Positions 53,076 through 62,860 of a stretch of 64,000 nt of DNA are shown here, one piece after another. Both the position numbers and the translations under genes were made by a program. The DNA comes from Alphaproteobacteria bacterium. Lineage in GTDB: Bacteria; Pseudomonadota; Alphaproteobacteria; Bin95. Position 1 is the stretch's first letter; every line of letters starts with the position of its first letter. Under the pieces are notes generated by a model. It worked only from the letters and a program-made list of their open reading frames with translations, made no database searches and was not told where the DNA came from. The stretch lies in contig JAYNYG010000005.1 of the NCBI GenBank assembly GCA_038102935.1, positions 6,574-70,573 of the forward strand, read 5' to 3'.

Positions 53076-53193
53076 CCCTCCTCTCCCTGCCCTCTCCCTC
53101 CTGTGGGGGGCGAGGGTTAAAAAAGAAATGAGAAAGCCTGCGTGAGAGTCCCCTCGCCCTCCATAGGAGGGGGAGGGATCTGGGAGAGGGTGG
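53076..53193. repeat. Long imperfect inverted repeat: polypyrimidine left arm / polypurine right arm (about 40-nt arms, 33-nt A-rich spacer)
   Basis: Left arm ccctcctctccctgccctctccctcctgtggggggcgaggg (53076-53116). Right arm cccctcgccctccataggagggggagggatctgggagagggtgg (53150-53193). Inner 17 nt pair at 15/17, plus perfect 9-mer ccctctccc/gggagaggg. Lies between the TauD stop and the ggt start. Confidence 0.7.
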
Positions 53194-53229
53194 AAGCCTG
53201 CAGTCAGGGAGAAAACCCACCCGCAAACA

Positions 53230-54126
53230 TTAAGCAGCCTCCGCCTGCGCCGCCGTCATCGCCTCACCGGCGATGGTGGTGCGGCGCATATCGCGAACGT
53301 CCTTCGTGTCATTGAAGGGCCGGGCGCGATGCATGGTCTGCCGGTTATCCCACATCACAAGATCGCCAGCCTGCCATTGATGGGCGTACACAAACCGTCG
53401 GCCCGTCGCATGTTCGTTCAATTCCCGAAGCAGCATCCGCCCCTCCGGCGTTGGCATGCCAAGCACCTTCCCGGCATGGGCGGAGAGATACAGCGATTTC
53501 CGCCCCGTCTTCGGATGCACGCGAACAAGGCTTTGACGGACGGGCGCAAAGCCCTGCTTTTCGGCATCCGTCAAATCATCGTCGAACCCAAGCGAGCCCC
53601 GCGAATACAAGAGCGAATGCTCACAGATCAGATCATCGATCTCCGCCTTTTCAGCGTCTTCCAGCGCATCATAGGCCTGGCGCATATCGGCGAATTCGGT
53701 ATTGCCTCCTGTTGCCGGAACGATCCGCCCCGACAGCAACGAGAATTTGGACGGCGTAGCCCGGAATGAGCTATCCGAATGCCAAAGCCGGTTGCCAAGA
53801 TTAAACAACCGCTGGCGGTCGCTCCGCGTGTGCAGCTTGTTGTCTTTATCCAGATTGGAGATATCCGCCATATCCTGACTGAGACGCCTGTCCTTGGCCT
53901 GCGTGATGTTGGATCTCTTATCCGGCCGCTCGATTTCGCCGAAATTAACACTGAACGCCAATTGCTGCTCGTCCGTGATGTCTTGGCCGTGGAAGACCAG
54001 CACCGCAAGGCGGTCCATGCCGTCTTCGATCAGCGCCGCTTCGTCCGGCGTAAGCGGTTTGCTGAGGTCTGCGCCGGATACTTCTCCGACGAAGCCTGGC
54101 GTTAGTTCATTGATTTCAATCGCCAT
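53230..54126 (-). CDS. TauD/TfdA-family Fe(II)/2-oxoglutarate-dependent dioxygenase
   Basis: HxD motif in RLWHSDSSF and a distal His (MWDNRQTMHRA). Start at ATG 54126 (MAIEINEL) with GAGGAG SD. ORF track 54141 is 5 codons longer. Confidence 0.8.
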   Translation of the reverse strand: MAIEINELTPGFVGEVSGADLSKPLTPDEAALIEDGMDRLAVLVFHGQDITDEQQLAFSVNFGEIERPDKRSNITQAKDRRLSQDMADISNLDKDNKLHTRSDRQRLFNLGNRLWHSDSSFRATPSKFSLLSGRIVPATGGNTEFADMRQAYDALEDAEKAEIDDLICEHSLLYSRGSLGFDDDLTDAEKQGFAPVRQSLVRVHPKTGRKSLYLSAHAGKVLGMPTPEGRMLLRELNEHATGRRFVYAHQWQAGDLVMWDNRQTMHRARPFNDTKDVRDMRRTTIAGEAMTAAQAEAA

Positions 54127-54137
54127 CGAAACTCTCC

Positions 54138-55286
54138 TCAAGCAGGCGCGAATACGTCTTCATGACCATCTTCAACGGCTGCAAGTTCGCCCGCAGGCGT
54201 GATCGGCACATTGAATGATTGATCATTCTTCAATGTCGGCAGCGCTTTATCCGCGAACAGGCGAATATTCTTTTCGGCGCGCTCATGAGGCATGCCGCCA
54301 AACGAAAACTCGCCGACAAGATGCTCTGTACCAGTAAGGCGGCGCAGCTCCTCAATCTGCTCAATGCAATCCTTTGGCGTGCCGACGACTTGAATTGAAA
54401 CATAGAATTCGTTGGCGGATTTGCGGAAGCCAGGGTCTTTCATTTTGGAATAGGTCTTGGCCATTTTCCCATAGGCTTCATAGCCCTTCACGTTGGCGAG
54501 CCCGCCATCTGAGAAATTGTAGTGGCCTTCGATGGAATCCCATTTGTTGCCGAGGAACTCGAGGCCAAGCTCCTCCGCTTCATCCCGGCTTTCGGCGCAG
54601 GCGATGTTGGTGGAGATAATCGGCGGGCGCGGCGTGTGGCCAACGCTGGCTGTCATTTCGCGGAATTTCACAACATCCTGCGCGGCTTTCGACCATTCAT
54701 TCTGCATGATAACCAACATGCCAAAGCCCATCTTGGCGATCAGCTCCGCCGATTCCGGGCTGACGGATGACGCATAAAACCGCGTTTCCGGGTTGGATAT
54801 GGGGCGCGGGCGGATCGACATTTTCGGAATTTGGAAGAATTCGCCGTCATGCTCGAACACGTCGTTCTTCAGCGCCTTCATGACGACCTCAGCCGCCTCA
54901 GCAAAGCGCGGCCGGGCTTCGTCCATGGGCACGCGGAAGCCTGCATATTCGGTGCGGGCCGCACCCCGGCCAAAGCCGAACAGGCAACGCCCGCCGCAGA
55001 GAATATCCAGATGCGCGATCATTTCCGCCACGCGTACCGGGTCATGCCAAGGCAGCACGATCACCGCCGTTCCAAGCTTCACCCGCTTGGTGCGGCCAGC
55101 GAAATAAGCCAGCGTCTGTGTCGGTTGGGGGGACATGGAATAGCCAGTGAAATGGTGTTCCAGCGCAAAAATGCTGTCGAACCCAAGCGGCTCCACCATA
55201 TCGCCAATCGCCAGGTGATTGCGCAGAACAGACGCATCCGTCCGCCCTTCCTGCTGCAACATGTTTAGGGATACACCGACTTCCAT
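54138..55286 (-). CDS. LLM-class flavin-dependent monooxygenase (luciferase-like, alkanesulfonate/nitrilotriacetate monooxygenase-type)
   Basis: 382 aa TIM-barrel LLM family (GFDSIFALEHHFTGY...GTAVIVLPWHDPVRVAEM). 11-nt gap to the TauD-like gene. Confidence 0.78.
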   Translation of the reverse strand: MEVGVSLNMLQQEGRTDASVLRNHLAIGDMVEPLGFDSIFALEHHFTGYSMSPQPTQTLAYFAGRTKRVKLGTAVIVLPWHDPVRVAEMIAHLDILCGGRCLFGFGRGAARTEYAGFRVPMDEARPRFAEAAEVVMKALKNDVFEHDGEFFQIPKMSIRPRPISNPETRFYASSVSPESAELIAKMGFGMLVIMQNEWSKAAQDVVKFREMTASVGHTPRPPIISTNIACAESRDEAEELGLEFLGNKWDSIEGHYNFSDGGLANVKGYEAYGKMAKTYSKMKDPGFRKSANEFYVSIQVVGTPKDCIEQIEELRRLTGTEHLVGEFSFGGMPHERAEKNIRLFADKALPTLKNDQSFNVPITPAGELAAVEDGHEDVFAPA

Positions 55287-55373
55287 GGGGCTTCCTCCAG
55301 CTTGAAATTCTTTTGATTACGTCAATTCTGGCGCCAAGCAGCGGGGCGCTGCAAGTCAGGCGCAGTATAGATG

Positions 55374-58300
55374 CTAAAGCAGCGCCGTCAGGTCCTGCCA
55401 CCGGGCGTTTGGAACAGCACGCTCCGCAATGGGTTTCAGGTGCTGATGGTGCGTGAAATAGATGACTTGGCCTTTGGTCGCCATGTCGCCTAGCAGGCTG
55501 AAGGTTACTTCAGCCCTGCCATCATCAAAGGTTTCAAAGATATCATCGGCCACGAAAGGCGGCGGCGTCTGTTGACCTGCGAATTCATGATACGCCGCGA
55601 CACGAAGGGCCAGATAAAGCTGCGCGCGTGTGCCGGTGGACATGGACTTGTCATCCAACCGCGACGCCCCGTCAGCAGCCAGTGCGATAAGTTCTTCGCC
55701 CTTGCCGCCGGTTTGGGTTTTCAAACCTAAATAGGCGCCTTCTGTGATCTCAGCAAATGCCGATGAAGCGCCGACCAACATCCCGCTTTGATGGCTTGCC
55801 CGATACTGTTCAAGCGCATCCGCCGCCGCCATAGCCCCGAGCTTTAGGCGGAGATAACGCTTAGCGCCATCTGCGATGTCTTCGATGACAGTCTGGCGCC
55901 GTTGCGCAATCTCGACCGCCGCAGCATCCCCGCCAATTTGATCCAAGGCCAGCCCTGCATCGCGGTTCGCTGTGTAGGATTGCAGCGCTTCATCCTTGGC
56001 CAGGCGCACGTGACTGTTGGCGGCTTCAAGGTCTGCCGCTAACGAATTGCGGTCCAACCCTTGAAGCGACGCGACGGCGGCGGCGATGTCATCACCGCCA
56101 ACACGATCAAGGATCGCCCGCCCGGCCAACCCTGTCTTCTCCCGTAAGCGATTGCGATTTTCGATCTCAGCTAACAACTGAGAGGCGGGCAATAAATCGC
56201 TGGCATCAATGATTTTTATCGCCTCTTCAACTTGGCTTTTATGGATGCTCAGTTTTGCTTCCAGTGTTCGACGGCGATCAGCTGCAGCGTCGATTTCAGC
56301 TTGAAGTCGAATACGCTCAGCATTCTGCGTCTCGGCTGCCTTTATGCGATCCTGCAGCAGGGTATGGACCTGAAGCGGCTCACGATCATTCAACGTTTCG
56401 TCTAGCGCTTTCAGAATACCTGATAGGCCCGTCTTGAAGGCTGCCAGATTATCTTCAATTCCGCCGATACGGCGCTGCAAGCCTTCCAGGGCATTGATCT
56501 CTGACGACAGCGCGTCATGTTCAACCAGCGCCGCTTTGACGCTTTGAACTGAGGCTTCGAGTGGCGTCATCCAAGTCCCGTCGAGCATTTTCGACCATTC
56601 TGCTCGCCATTCGGCAACCTCGGCCCTACTTTTTTCCAACGCCTCAGTACGCTTCGCCAAGTTCTGTGCGGCGCTCTGGGCGGCCTTGTCTGCTTCGAGC
56701 TTTGAGCGCGCTAGGCTAGCCAGCGCTGGAAGCGAAGCGTTGATGTCCAAGAGGTCTATGAAGCGTTGCTGGAGACGCTCCGCAGCTCGTTCCGCGGTCT
56801 GCTGCTGCGCTTTGGTTGCATCAAGTGAATCGGCCTCAGCAATCGCAGTCACGCGTGCAGCCAACCAGCCTTCAAGCGCACTCAAACATGATATATTTTC
56901 CAATTCAGATGCTTGCGAGTATTTTTTAATGTTTGACTGCGTTTGATCTTGAGCCGTCTTTAAGTCCGCGCCTCGCTGCTTTGCCGCGGCTTCCTGTGCG
57001 CGGGCGATCGCCATCGCCTCTTGAGCTGCAGCTTCATTCGCAACCGCGCTGGCATTCGAAAACCGTGCGGCCTGCGCTGCATCTGTCTTCTCCAGCTCTT
57101 TGGCGAAAGCGTCTGCGCTGGCATCGTCCAAAGCGGCTCTATGACGTGACCAAGCCTCATCGCGACTCCTCATCACTGACATGAAAGAAGCGTCATCAAT
57201 TGACTGAATTGATAAAGAAATAGCGTCAAGTTGGGCTCGCTTTTCAGCAGCACGCTCTGCTGCCTCAGACGCCTCTGCCGCAGCCCGCTTTATCGCCGCA
57301 GCGGTTTCATCTAAAGACTGCCGCCAATCATTCAGCGTCTGAGCGCTTGGCGGCTGAATTTGGCGGAGCGCCGTAATGTCGCCCGTCCACGGCGCCAAAC
57401 TCGCGAGGGCGTTCTCAACAGCCCGCTGCCGTGTCGCAACAGTATCCGCTAGAACCTCCGCCCGCGCATTCGCGTCATCAGTCTCATAGGCTTGCAGTGC
57501 CGCTTCTAGTTCCGCCTTTGTAGCAATATCAAGTCGATCTGCTGACGTCTCTGACGCTGCAGTCTCAACCTCTGCCTCTGCCGATTGCAGGCGCGTCTGT
57601 AAGGGGGGCCAGGCGTCAGCAAGCTCAAGCACTCGGCCTTTAACGCCAGGCGGAAGCAGAAGCGCGTTGGCGTCCTCCAAAGCCTTACCAACCATGCGTT
57701 CTGAGCGCGCTGCGATCTGGGCCAGAAGGCCCGTTCGTTCCTCAATCCGGCGCGGCAGGTCGTCTGCATCGGCACGGTGGCGGCCTGCTAGGTCAGCCAG
57801 AGCCGCAAAGGCGTCGCGCTGTCCGAGCGCTGCTTCATCAACGATGATGATCCCAATCTTCTCCTCTAACGTCTTCAGCGCCTGGGTAGCATCAGCGCTT
57901 TGAGCGTTGAGAGATGCGGCTTCTTCCCGCAATCGCGTGACTTCCACATCCAAGCCAGCGGGCGCTTCTGGCAATTCCTCCAACGGCGCTAGAGCCTCTT
58001 GGAGTTCTTTATATTCAGATAGATAATCAAGCGCCTTCATCTTATTTTGCAACGCCGATAGAGCCTTCTGCGCCGCATGTTCAGCCGTTTCAGCCTCAAC
58101 CAATGCGCCTGCCGCGATGGATCTGGCTTTGATCAGAGCTTCGTATTCCGGCGCTAGCGTATCGATCTCAGCCTTTTGCTTGGCGAGGCCTTCCAACTCA
58201 CCCGTAAGCGCACGCAGATTAGTCTTTCGCGCCCGTTCCTTATGGAAGGCGTCGATTTCTTCTCTAACCGCATCCAACTCGCCGCCAAAGTCCGTAAGGC

Positions 58301-58766
58301 CGGCACTGGCGCCATAGAGAATGCGCCCGAAATCGCCTTCCGCAGCCAGCAAGCTTTTCCCCCCCTCCGTCAGCGAGGCCTCATTCAGCGAGAACATGGC
58401 GGCGTAGCTATCCCTGTCCAGACCAGCCAGACCCGCAGCAAATGGATTGAGCGAGACGGGTTGGTCTGCGCCGTCGAGTAGATCATTGTTGCGGCGCTTG
58501 ATCCGCGCGAGCGCGGTCACGCCAGCATCAGTCGCGACAGTCCCTTCAATCCGCATCGCTTCGTAGGGATGTTTGAAATTGAAACTGCTCTTCTGCTGAA
58601 TGCCAAAAAAGAAGTCGAGCATCGCCGCGTAAATGGTTGATTTTCCGGCTTCATTCGGTCCGTAGATGATGTGCAGGTCTGGCCTGTTCGCAGGCCTATC
58701 GCCAAAGTCCAAAGCAGCATTGGTGAACTTGCCAAACGCTGTGAGGCCGAGCCGGTTGAGCCGCAT
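55374..58766 (-). CDS. SbcC-like SMC-type ATPase (YhaN/SbcE-like; COG4717-type AAA ATPase with long coiled coil)
   Basis: 1130 aa. N-terminal Walker A IIYGPNEAGKSTI. Roughly 900 aa Ala/Glu/Leu-rich coiled coil. C-terminal signature MSTGTRAQLYLALRVA, Walker B FVADDIFETFD, H-loop IYFTHH. Confidence 0.8.
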   Translation of the reverse strand: MRLNRLGLTAFGKFTNAALDFGDRPANRPDLHIIYGPNEAGKSTIYAAMLDFFFGIQQKSSFNFKHPYEAMRIEGTVATDAGVTALARIKRRNNDLLDGADQPVSLNPFAAGLAGLDRDSYAAMFSLNEASLTEGGKSLLAAEGDFGRILYGASAGLTDFGGELDAVREEIDAFHKERARKTNLRALTGELEGLAKQKAEIDTLAPEYEALIKARSIAAGALVEAETAEHAAQKALSALQNKMKALDYLSEYKELQEALAPLEELPEAPAGLDVEVTRLREEAASLNAQSADATQALKTLEEKIGIIIVDEAALGQRDAFAALADLAGRHRADADDLPRRIEERTGLLAQIAARSERMVGKALEDANALLLPPGVKGRVLELADAWPPLQTRLQSAEAEVETAASETSADRLDIATKAELEAALQAYETDDANARAEVLADTVATRQRAVENALASLAPWTGDITALRQIQPPSAQTLNDWRQSLDETAAAIKRAAAEASEAAERAAEKRAQLDAISLSIQSIDDASFMSVMRSRDEAWSRHRAALDDASADAFAKELEKTDAAQAARFSNASAVANEAAAQEAMAIARAQEAAAKQRGADLKTAQDQTQSNIKKYSQASELENISCLSALEGWLAARVTAIAEADSLDATKAQQQTAERAAERLQQRFIDLLDINASLPALASLARSKLEADKAAQSAAQNLAKRTEALEKSRAEVAEWRAEWSKMLDGTWMTPLEASVQSVKAALVEHDALSSEINALEGLQRRIGGIEDNLAAFKTGLSGILKALDETLNDREPLQVHTLLQDRIKAAETQNAERIRLQAEIDAAADRRRTLEAKLSIHKSQVEEAIKIIDASDLLPASQLLAEIENRNRLREKTGLAGRAILDRVGGDDIAAAVASLQGLDRNSLAADLEAANSHVRLAKDEALQSYTANRDAGLALDQIGGDAAAVEIAQRRQTVIEDIADGAKRYLRLKLGAMAAADALEQYRASHQSGMLVGASSAFAEITEGAYLGLKTQTGGKGEELIALAADGASRLDDKSMSTGTRAQLYLALRVAAYHEFAGQQTPPPFVADDIFETFDDGRAEVTFSLLGDMATKGQVIYFTHHQHLKPIAERAVPNARWQDLTALL

Positions 58767-60028
58767 TATTCAGCCTCGCCCCGAGGCGACGCCAACCGCG
58801 CCAAGACTTCATCCGCTCCAGTCTTGGCGAGCGCCGCTAGTTCGTCCGCGACAGCGTCTTCGCCGGACCCAAAAACATCCCGGGCTTCACGGGGTAAGGC
58901 GCGAAGCAGCGCCTCGGCTTCTTCTTCGGCGCGCTGCAGGAATTCTGGGCTGGCGGCAATGCCAGTCATCAGGCGTGAGAGTTCAGCGACAGCGCCTGCA
59001 TCCACCGCTGATGTGGCTTCTGGCGGAGCGCAGTCCACTTCCAGTCCTTCGATCCATACGTCACTGGCGGCAGTGCGCGCTTCTTCCAGCAGTAAGTCAG
59101 CATCCCGCCGCAGCCGCCATGCGAGCGGCGTCCCGCCGGAGAGCGCAATTCGGGCGATGATATGCTCAGAATGCTTGGAAGATGTGAGGCTATGCAGCGC
59201 GCTGTCTATCGCTTGACGAACATCGCTCCAGCTTTCCAAGCCTGTCGCATCAACCACAGACCGCGCAAATTCAGCGACGCTGACATTGCGTTCTTCCAAG
59301 GTGATCCGCCGGTCGTCATGGACCGTCGCCAGGGTGACGGACTTAGCGCCGGCCTCGTTCACATGGCGGCCCTGCGGGATGCCTGGCATCACAATTAGCG
59401 GGTCGTCGTGATACACATTGCGTTGGTGGATATGGCCAAGCGCCCAATAATCGAAGCCATGGGCCGCCAGATCGGCTATAGCGACCGGGGCATACACATC
59501 ATGCCCTTCCGAGCCATCGGGGCTGGCGTGCAACATGCCGATGTTCACATGATCGGCGATTGGGCCATCGAACCGTGGCAATAGGCTGTTCGGCACACTT
59601 CCAGACGGAAAACTTGTACCGTGAATGGCGATTGCAGGCGCGCCGTCGCTAGACGGAATTTTCAAAACTTCAGCCGTACGGGTGCTGTAAGTCTGCACGC
59701 TGTCTGGGAGGTCCAACTGCTTGGTGATCCGGGAGCGGGCGTCATGGTTGCCCCGGATCAGGCAAACGCGAATACCGGCTTCGCTGAGCGTCCGCAATTG
59801 CGCGCCCAGAAACGCCGCCGTTTTCATCGATGTTTGATCGCCGTCATACAAGTCGCCCGCGATCAGCAGGGCGTCGACACGCTCATCAAGGCAAAGGTCA
59901 ACGATCCGTTCAAAGGTTTGCCGCGTTGCACTATCGACCAATGCAGCAAGTGCGGGATCACGCAACGCCAAGCTTTTCAACGGCGAGTCTAAGTGGATGT
60001 CGGCGGTGTGGACGAAACGGAATGGCAT
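58766..60028 (-). CDS. SbcD-like Mre11-family metallophosphoesterase nuclease (YhaO/SbcF-like)
   Basis: Calcineurin-like motifs FVHTADIHLD, GDLYD, GNHD, GHIH. 1-nt overlap (TAATG) with the ATPase start. Start taken at ATG 60028 (MPFRFVHTADIH). An upstream ATG at 60058 would overlap the amidase gene by 22 nt. Confidence 0.78.
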   Translation of the reverse strand: MPFRFVHTADIHLDSPLKSLALRDPALAALVDSATRQTFERIVDLCLDERVDALLIAGDLYDGDQTSMKTAAFLGAQLRTLSEAGIRVCLIRGNHDARSRITKQLDLPDSVQTYSTRTAEVLKIPSSDGAPAIAIHGTSFPSGSVPNSLLPRFDGPIADHVNIGMLHASPDGSEGHDVYAPVAIADLAAHGFDYWALGHIHQRNVYHDDPLIVMPGIPQGRHVNEAGAKSVTLATVHDDRRITLEERNVSVAEFARSVVDATGLESWSDVRQAIDSALHSLTSSKHSEHIIARIALSGGTPLAWRLRRDADLLLEEARTAASDVWIEGLEVDCAPPEATSAVDAGAVAELSRLMTGIAASPEFLQRAEEEAEALLRALPREARDVFGSGEDAVADELAALAKTGADEVLARLASPRGEAE

Positions 60029-60036
60029 GGACGCGA

Positions 60037-61305
60037 TTATAGCGCCTGTTCGATCCATTTGGCATGGGCCAGCATTGCATCGTCGCTATGCAGGGGGCCG
60101 AGGACTTGCAGGCCCATGGGCATGCCGTTCGGGCCTTTGAACACAGGCAGTGTGACGCAAGGCAGGAAGAGCGGCGTCCAGAGCGCGCCGACGGCGGCAG
60201 AGCCGGTCGTATCCAGCCCGAGCGGCGCTTCGCCCAAGGTCGCGGGCGTTAGGATGACGTCGATATCCTGGAACAATGCTGGCAGCATCGATTGGCAGGT
60301 ATACATATGCGCCAGCGCCGCCTTGTATTCCGCCAATGTGGTCTTAAGACCGGTTGCGATGCGGCCATCGCGGAGGCGCTGGCTGATTTGGTCCCAGTGC
60401 TGGTCAATCTCAAACGCGAAGTTGCGAGCGAATTCGTATGATGAGATGGGGCTGTGGGTATTAGGCAAAGCAGCGAATTCCAGCGGCAGCGTCATATCCG
60501 TGACCGTCGCGCCAGCGGCTTCGAGGCGCTTGGCGGCATTGTCTATGTCACTACGAAGGGCAGGCTCGACATCGTCCCAGACCACATCGCGGCAAATGCC
60601 GATGCGCGGTTTTGCGGGCTGCAATGCAGGCGGCACAGCGTTCAGCAGAACGGCCCTCAGCAGCGCAATATCGTCCAGGCTACGAGCTATGAGGCCAAGG
60701 CGGTCAAATGTGCCCGCCGCCTCCCGCACGCCAGACATGCGGAAATCGCCCTGGGTCGGATTGTAGCCGTGGACGCCGCAGAAGGCCGCCGGGCGGATCG
60801 TCGATTGCGTTGTTTGGGTGCCATAGGCCAACGGAACCATCTGCGCCGCGACCGCAGCCGCAGATCCGGAAGATGACCCGCCGGGCGTGCGCGCCAAATC
60901 CAGCGGGTTGGCAGTCTCATTGGGCGTCAGATTGGCAAACTCTGTCGTAACCGTTTTGCCGAGCAGCACTCCGCCCGCTGCCCGCGCCACAGCGATTGGC
61001 GATGCGTCTGTGAAGGGCTGTGCGCCCTTATAGATGGGCGAACCATAGCCCGTCGGCATGTCGTGGCTGTCGATGATGTCTTTGGCGGCGAATGGGATAC
61101 CATGCAGCGCCCCTTTATGCGGCCCACGATCCAGCGTTCTGGCGGCAGCCAGGGCCGCATCAGCGCCCAAATGCGCGAAGGCGTGGACGTCTGGCTCAAG
61201 CGCCGCCGCCTGCTCCAAACAGCTTTCGGCGAGCGCCGCAGCGGTGAGCGTTCCAGCAGAGATGGCGGCTCGGGCTTCGGTGGCCGTGAGGTCTTTCGGC
61301 GCCAT
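60037..61305 (-). CDS. Amidase (amidase-signature family)
   Basis: GGSSSGSAAAVAAQMVPLAYGTQTTQSTIRPAAFCG AS motif; 422 aa. Confidence 0.82.
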   Translation of the reverse strand: MAPKDLTATEARAAISAGTLTAAALAESCLEQAAALEPDVHAFAHLGADAALAAARTLDRGPHKGALHGIPFAAKDIIDSHDMPTGYGSPIYKGAQPFTDASPIAVARAAGGVLLGKTVTTEFANLTPNETANPLDLARTPGGSSSGSAAAVAAQMVPLAYGTQTTQSTIRPAAFCGVHGYNPTQGDFRMSGVREAAGTFDRLGLIARSLDDIALLRAVLLNAVPPALQPAKPRIGICRDVVWDDVEPALRSDIDNAAKRLEAAGATVTDMTLPLEFAALPNTHSPISSYEFARNFAFEIDQHWDQISQRLRDGRIATGLKTTLAEYKAALAHMYTCQSMLPALFQDIDVILTPATLGEAPLGLDTTGSAAVGALWTPLFLPCVTLPVFKGPNGMPMGLQVLGPLHSDDAMLAHAKWIEQAL

Positions 61306-61309
61306 CAGC

Positions 61310-62848
61310 CTAGCCTACGATGCCGATTTGCCAGGGGATGAACTCATGCCGTCCCAAGTCCAGTTGCTCGCTTTTGGTGGGCTTGCCGCTGGCGACATCC
61401 AGGAAGTGCTGGAAGATTTCCTGGCCCATGGCTTCCATATCCGCCTCGCCATCTAGGACTTTGCCGCAGTTGATGTCCATATCTTCTTCGAGTGCCTGAT
61501 ACATCGGGCTGTTGGTCGCGAGCTTGATGGAGGGCGTGGGCTTCGCGCCAAAGCAGGAGCCGCGTCCCGTGGTGAACGCCACCAAGTTCGCGCCGCCTGC
61601 GATCTGACCCGTCGCCGAACAGGGATCAAAGCCCGGCGTATCCATAAACACAAATCCGGATTGGCCAACCCGTTCCGCATACTCATAGACCGCCATCAGC
61701 GGCCCCGTACCGCCCTTCATGGCGGAGCCGAGGGACTTCTCCAAAATATTCGCGAGGCCGCCTTTTTGGTTGCCGGGGCTGACCGTGCCATTGATCTGCA
61801 CATCCCGCCCGACGGCGTAAACGTCCTTCCACCAGCGAATGCGCTCGATCAGCTTCTCGCCGATTTCGACCGTTGCGGCCCGCGCGGTCAACGTGTGTTC
61901 AACACCATAGATTTCGGGCGTTTCGGACAAAATGCCCGTACCGCCATGGCGCGCCAGGATATCAATCGCGCGGCCAAGGCCAGGGTTGGCGGTGATCGAG
62001 GAAAACGCGTCCGACCCGCCGCATTGCAGGCCGACTTTGATATGCGCGGCGGAGGCTTCTTCGCGCTCACACTTGTTCGCTTCGGCCAGCATCTCCTCAA
62101 CAATGGCGATGCCGCGTTCAATGGTTTTGCGGGTGCCGCCCATCTCTTGCATAACCATGGTGCGAAGGTTCGGCGTTTCCGTAAGGTCTTGCGCCGCGAA
62201 CAGCCCGCCGACCTGGCACCGCTCACAACCAAGGCCGACGACAAGCGCGCCCGCCACATTCGGGTGCTGGATATAGCCTGAAAGCGTGCGATGCAGCAGG
62301 TCCATCGGCTCCCCGGTCATCTCCATGCCACAACCCATGGCGTGGGCGAATGCTGCAACGCCATCCACATTCGGATATGCCGCCAGCCGCTCCTTGGTGA
62401 AGTGATCCGCAATCGCGTGCACCACCGTCGCCGAGCAATTCACTGTCGAGACAATGGCGATGAAATTGCGGGTGCCAACCCGGCCATCGGCCCGCTTATA
62501 GCCCTGGAACGTCGCGCGTTCAGCCTCTGGCAACTCCTGGACGGGCTTGAATTTCGTCGCGTGGGCGTAGTCACGGTCGAATTCCTGGAAGGCGATGTTG
62601 TGGTTATGCAGCATCTCGCCAACGGCTAAGTCCCGCGCCGCAAAGCCGATGATTGTGTTGTATTTCAGGATCGCCTCGCCTTCAGCGATATCCCGAACGG
62701 CGACCTTATAGCCTGCCGGCACAATTTCCCGCGTCCGCACATTCATGCCCGGCAACGTAACGTCCGCCTCCAACTCCCGCCGCGCAACAGCGACATTGTC
62801 GTTCTCGTTGAGGCGGAGGATTGGCGCGTTCAGGTCAGCGTCGAGCAT
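61310..62848 (-). CDS. Altronate dehydratase / UxaA-family (SAF N-domain) sugar-acid dehydratase
   Basis: 512 aa; N-terminal SAF-like LRLNENDNVAVAR and the central/C-terminal UxaA-type domain. Confidence 0.7.
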   Translation of the reverse strand: MLDADLNAPILRLNENDNVAVARRELEADVTLPGMNVRTREIVPAGYKVAVRDIAEGEAILKYNTIIGFAARDLAVGEMLHNHNIAFQEFDRDYAHATKFKPVQELPEAERATFQGYKRADGRVGTRNFIAIVSTVNCSATVVHAIADHFTKERLAAYPNVDGVAAFAHAMGCGMEMTGEPMDLLHRTLSGYIQHPNVAGALVVGLGCERCQVGGLFAAQDLTETPNLRTMVMQEMGGTRKTIERGIAIVEEMLAEANKCEREEASAAHIKVGLQCGGSDAFSSITANPGLGRAIDILARHGGTGILSETPEIYGVEHTLTARAATVEIGEKLIERIRWWKDVYAVGRDVQINGTVSPGNQKGGLANILEKSLGSAMKGGTGPLMAVYEYAERVGQSGFVFMDTPGFDPCSATGQIAGGANLVAFTTGRGSCFGAKPTPSIKLATNSPMYQALEEDMDINCGKVLDGEADMEAMGQEIFQHFLDVASGKPTKSEQLDLGRHEFIPWQIGIVG

Positions 62849-62860
62849 GCGAAAATTCCT

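Noticed and set aside
53038-53226. 62-aa minus-strand ORF inside the 53.1-kb inverted repeat
   Set aside because: Sequence is generated by the polypurine/polypyrimidine arms (PPSPRSLPLLW..., EGEGRERRE); no start context; far more likely a structural DNA/RNA element
55374-60028. SbcD/SbcC-like pair as a candidate novel defence system (Wadjet/Lamassu/Gabija-like)
   Set aside because: Architecture (Mre11-type nuclease plus Rad50-like ATPase with single long coiled coil, 1-nt coupling) matches the SbcEF/YhaON repair family. There are no accessory genes (kleisin, TOPRIM, helicase, effector) and the neighbours are metabolic enzymes
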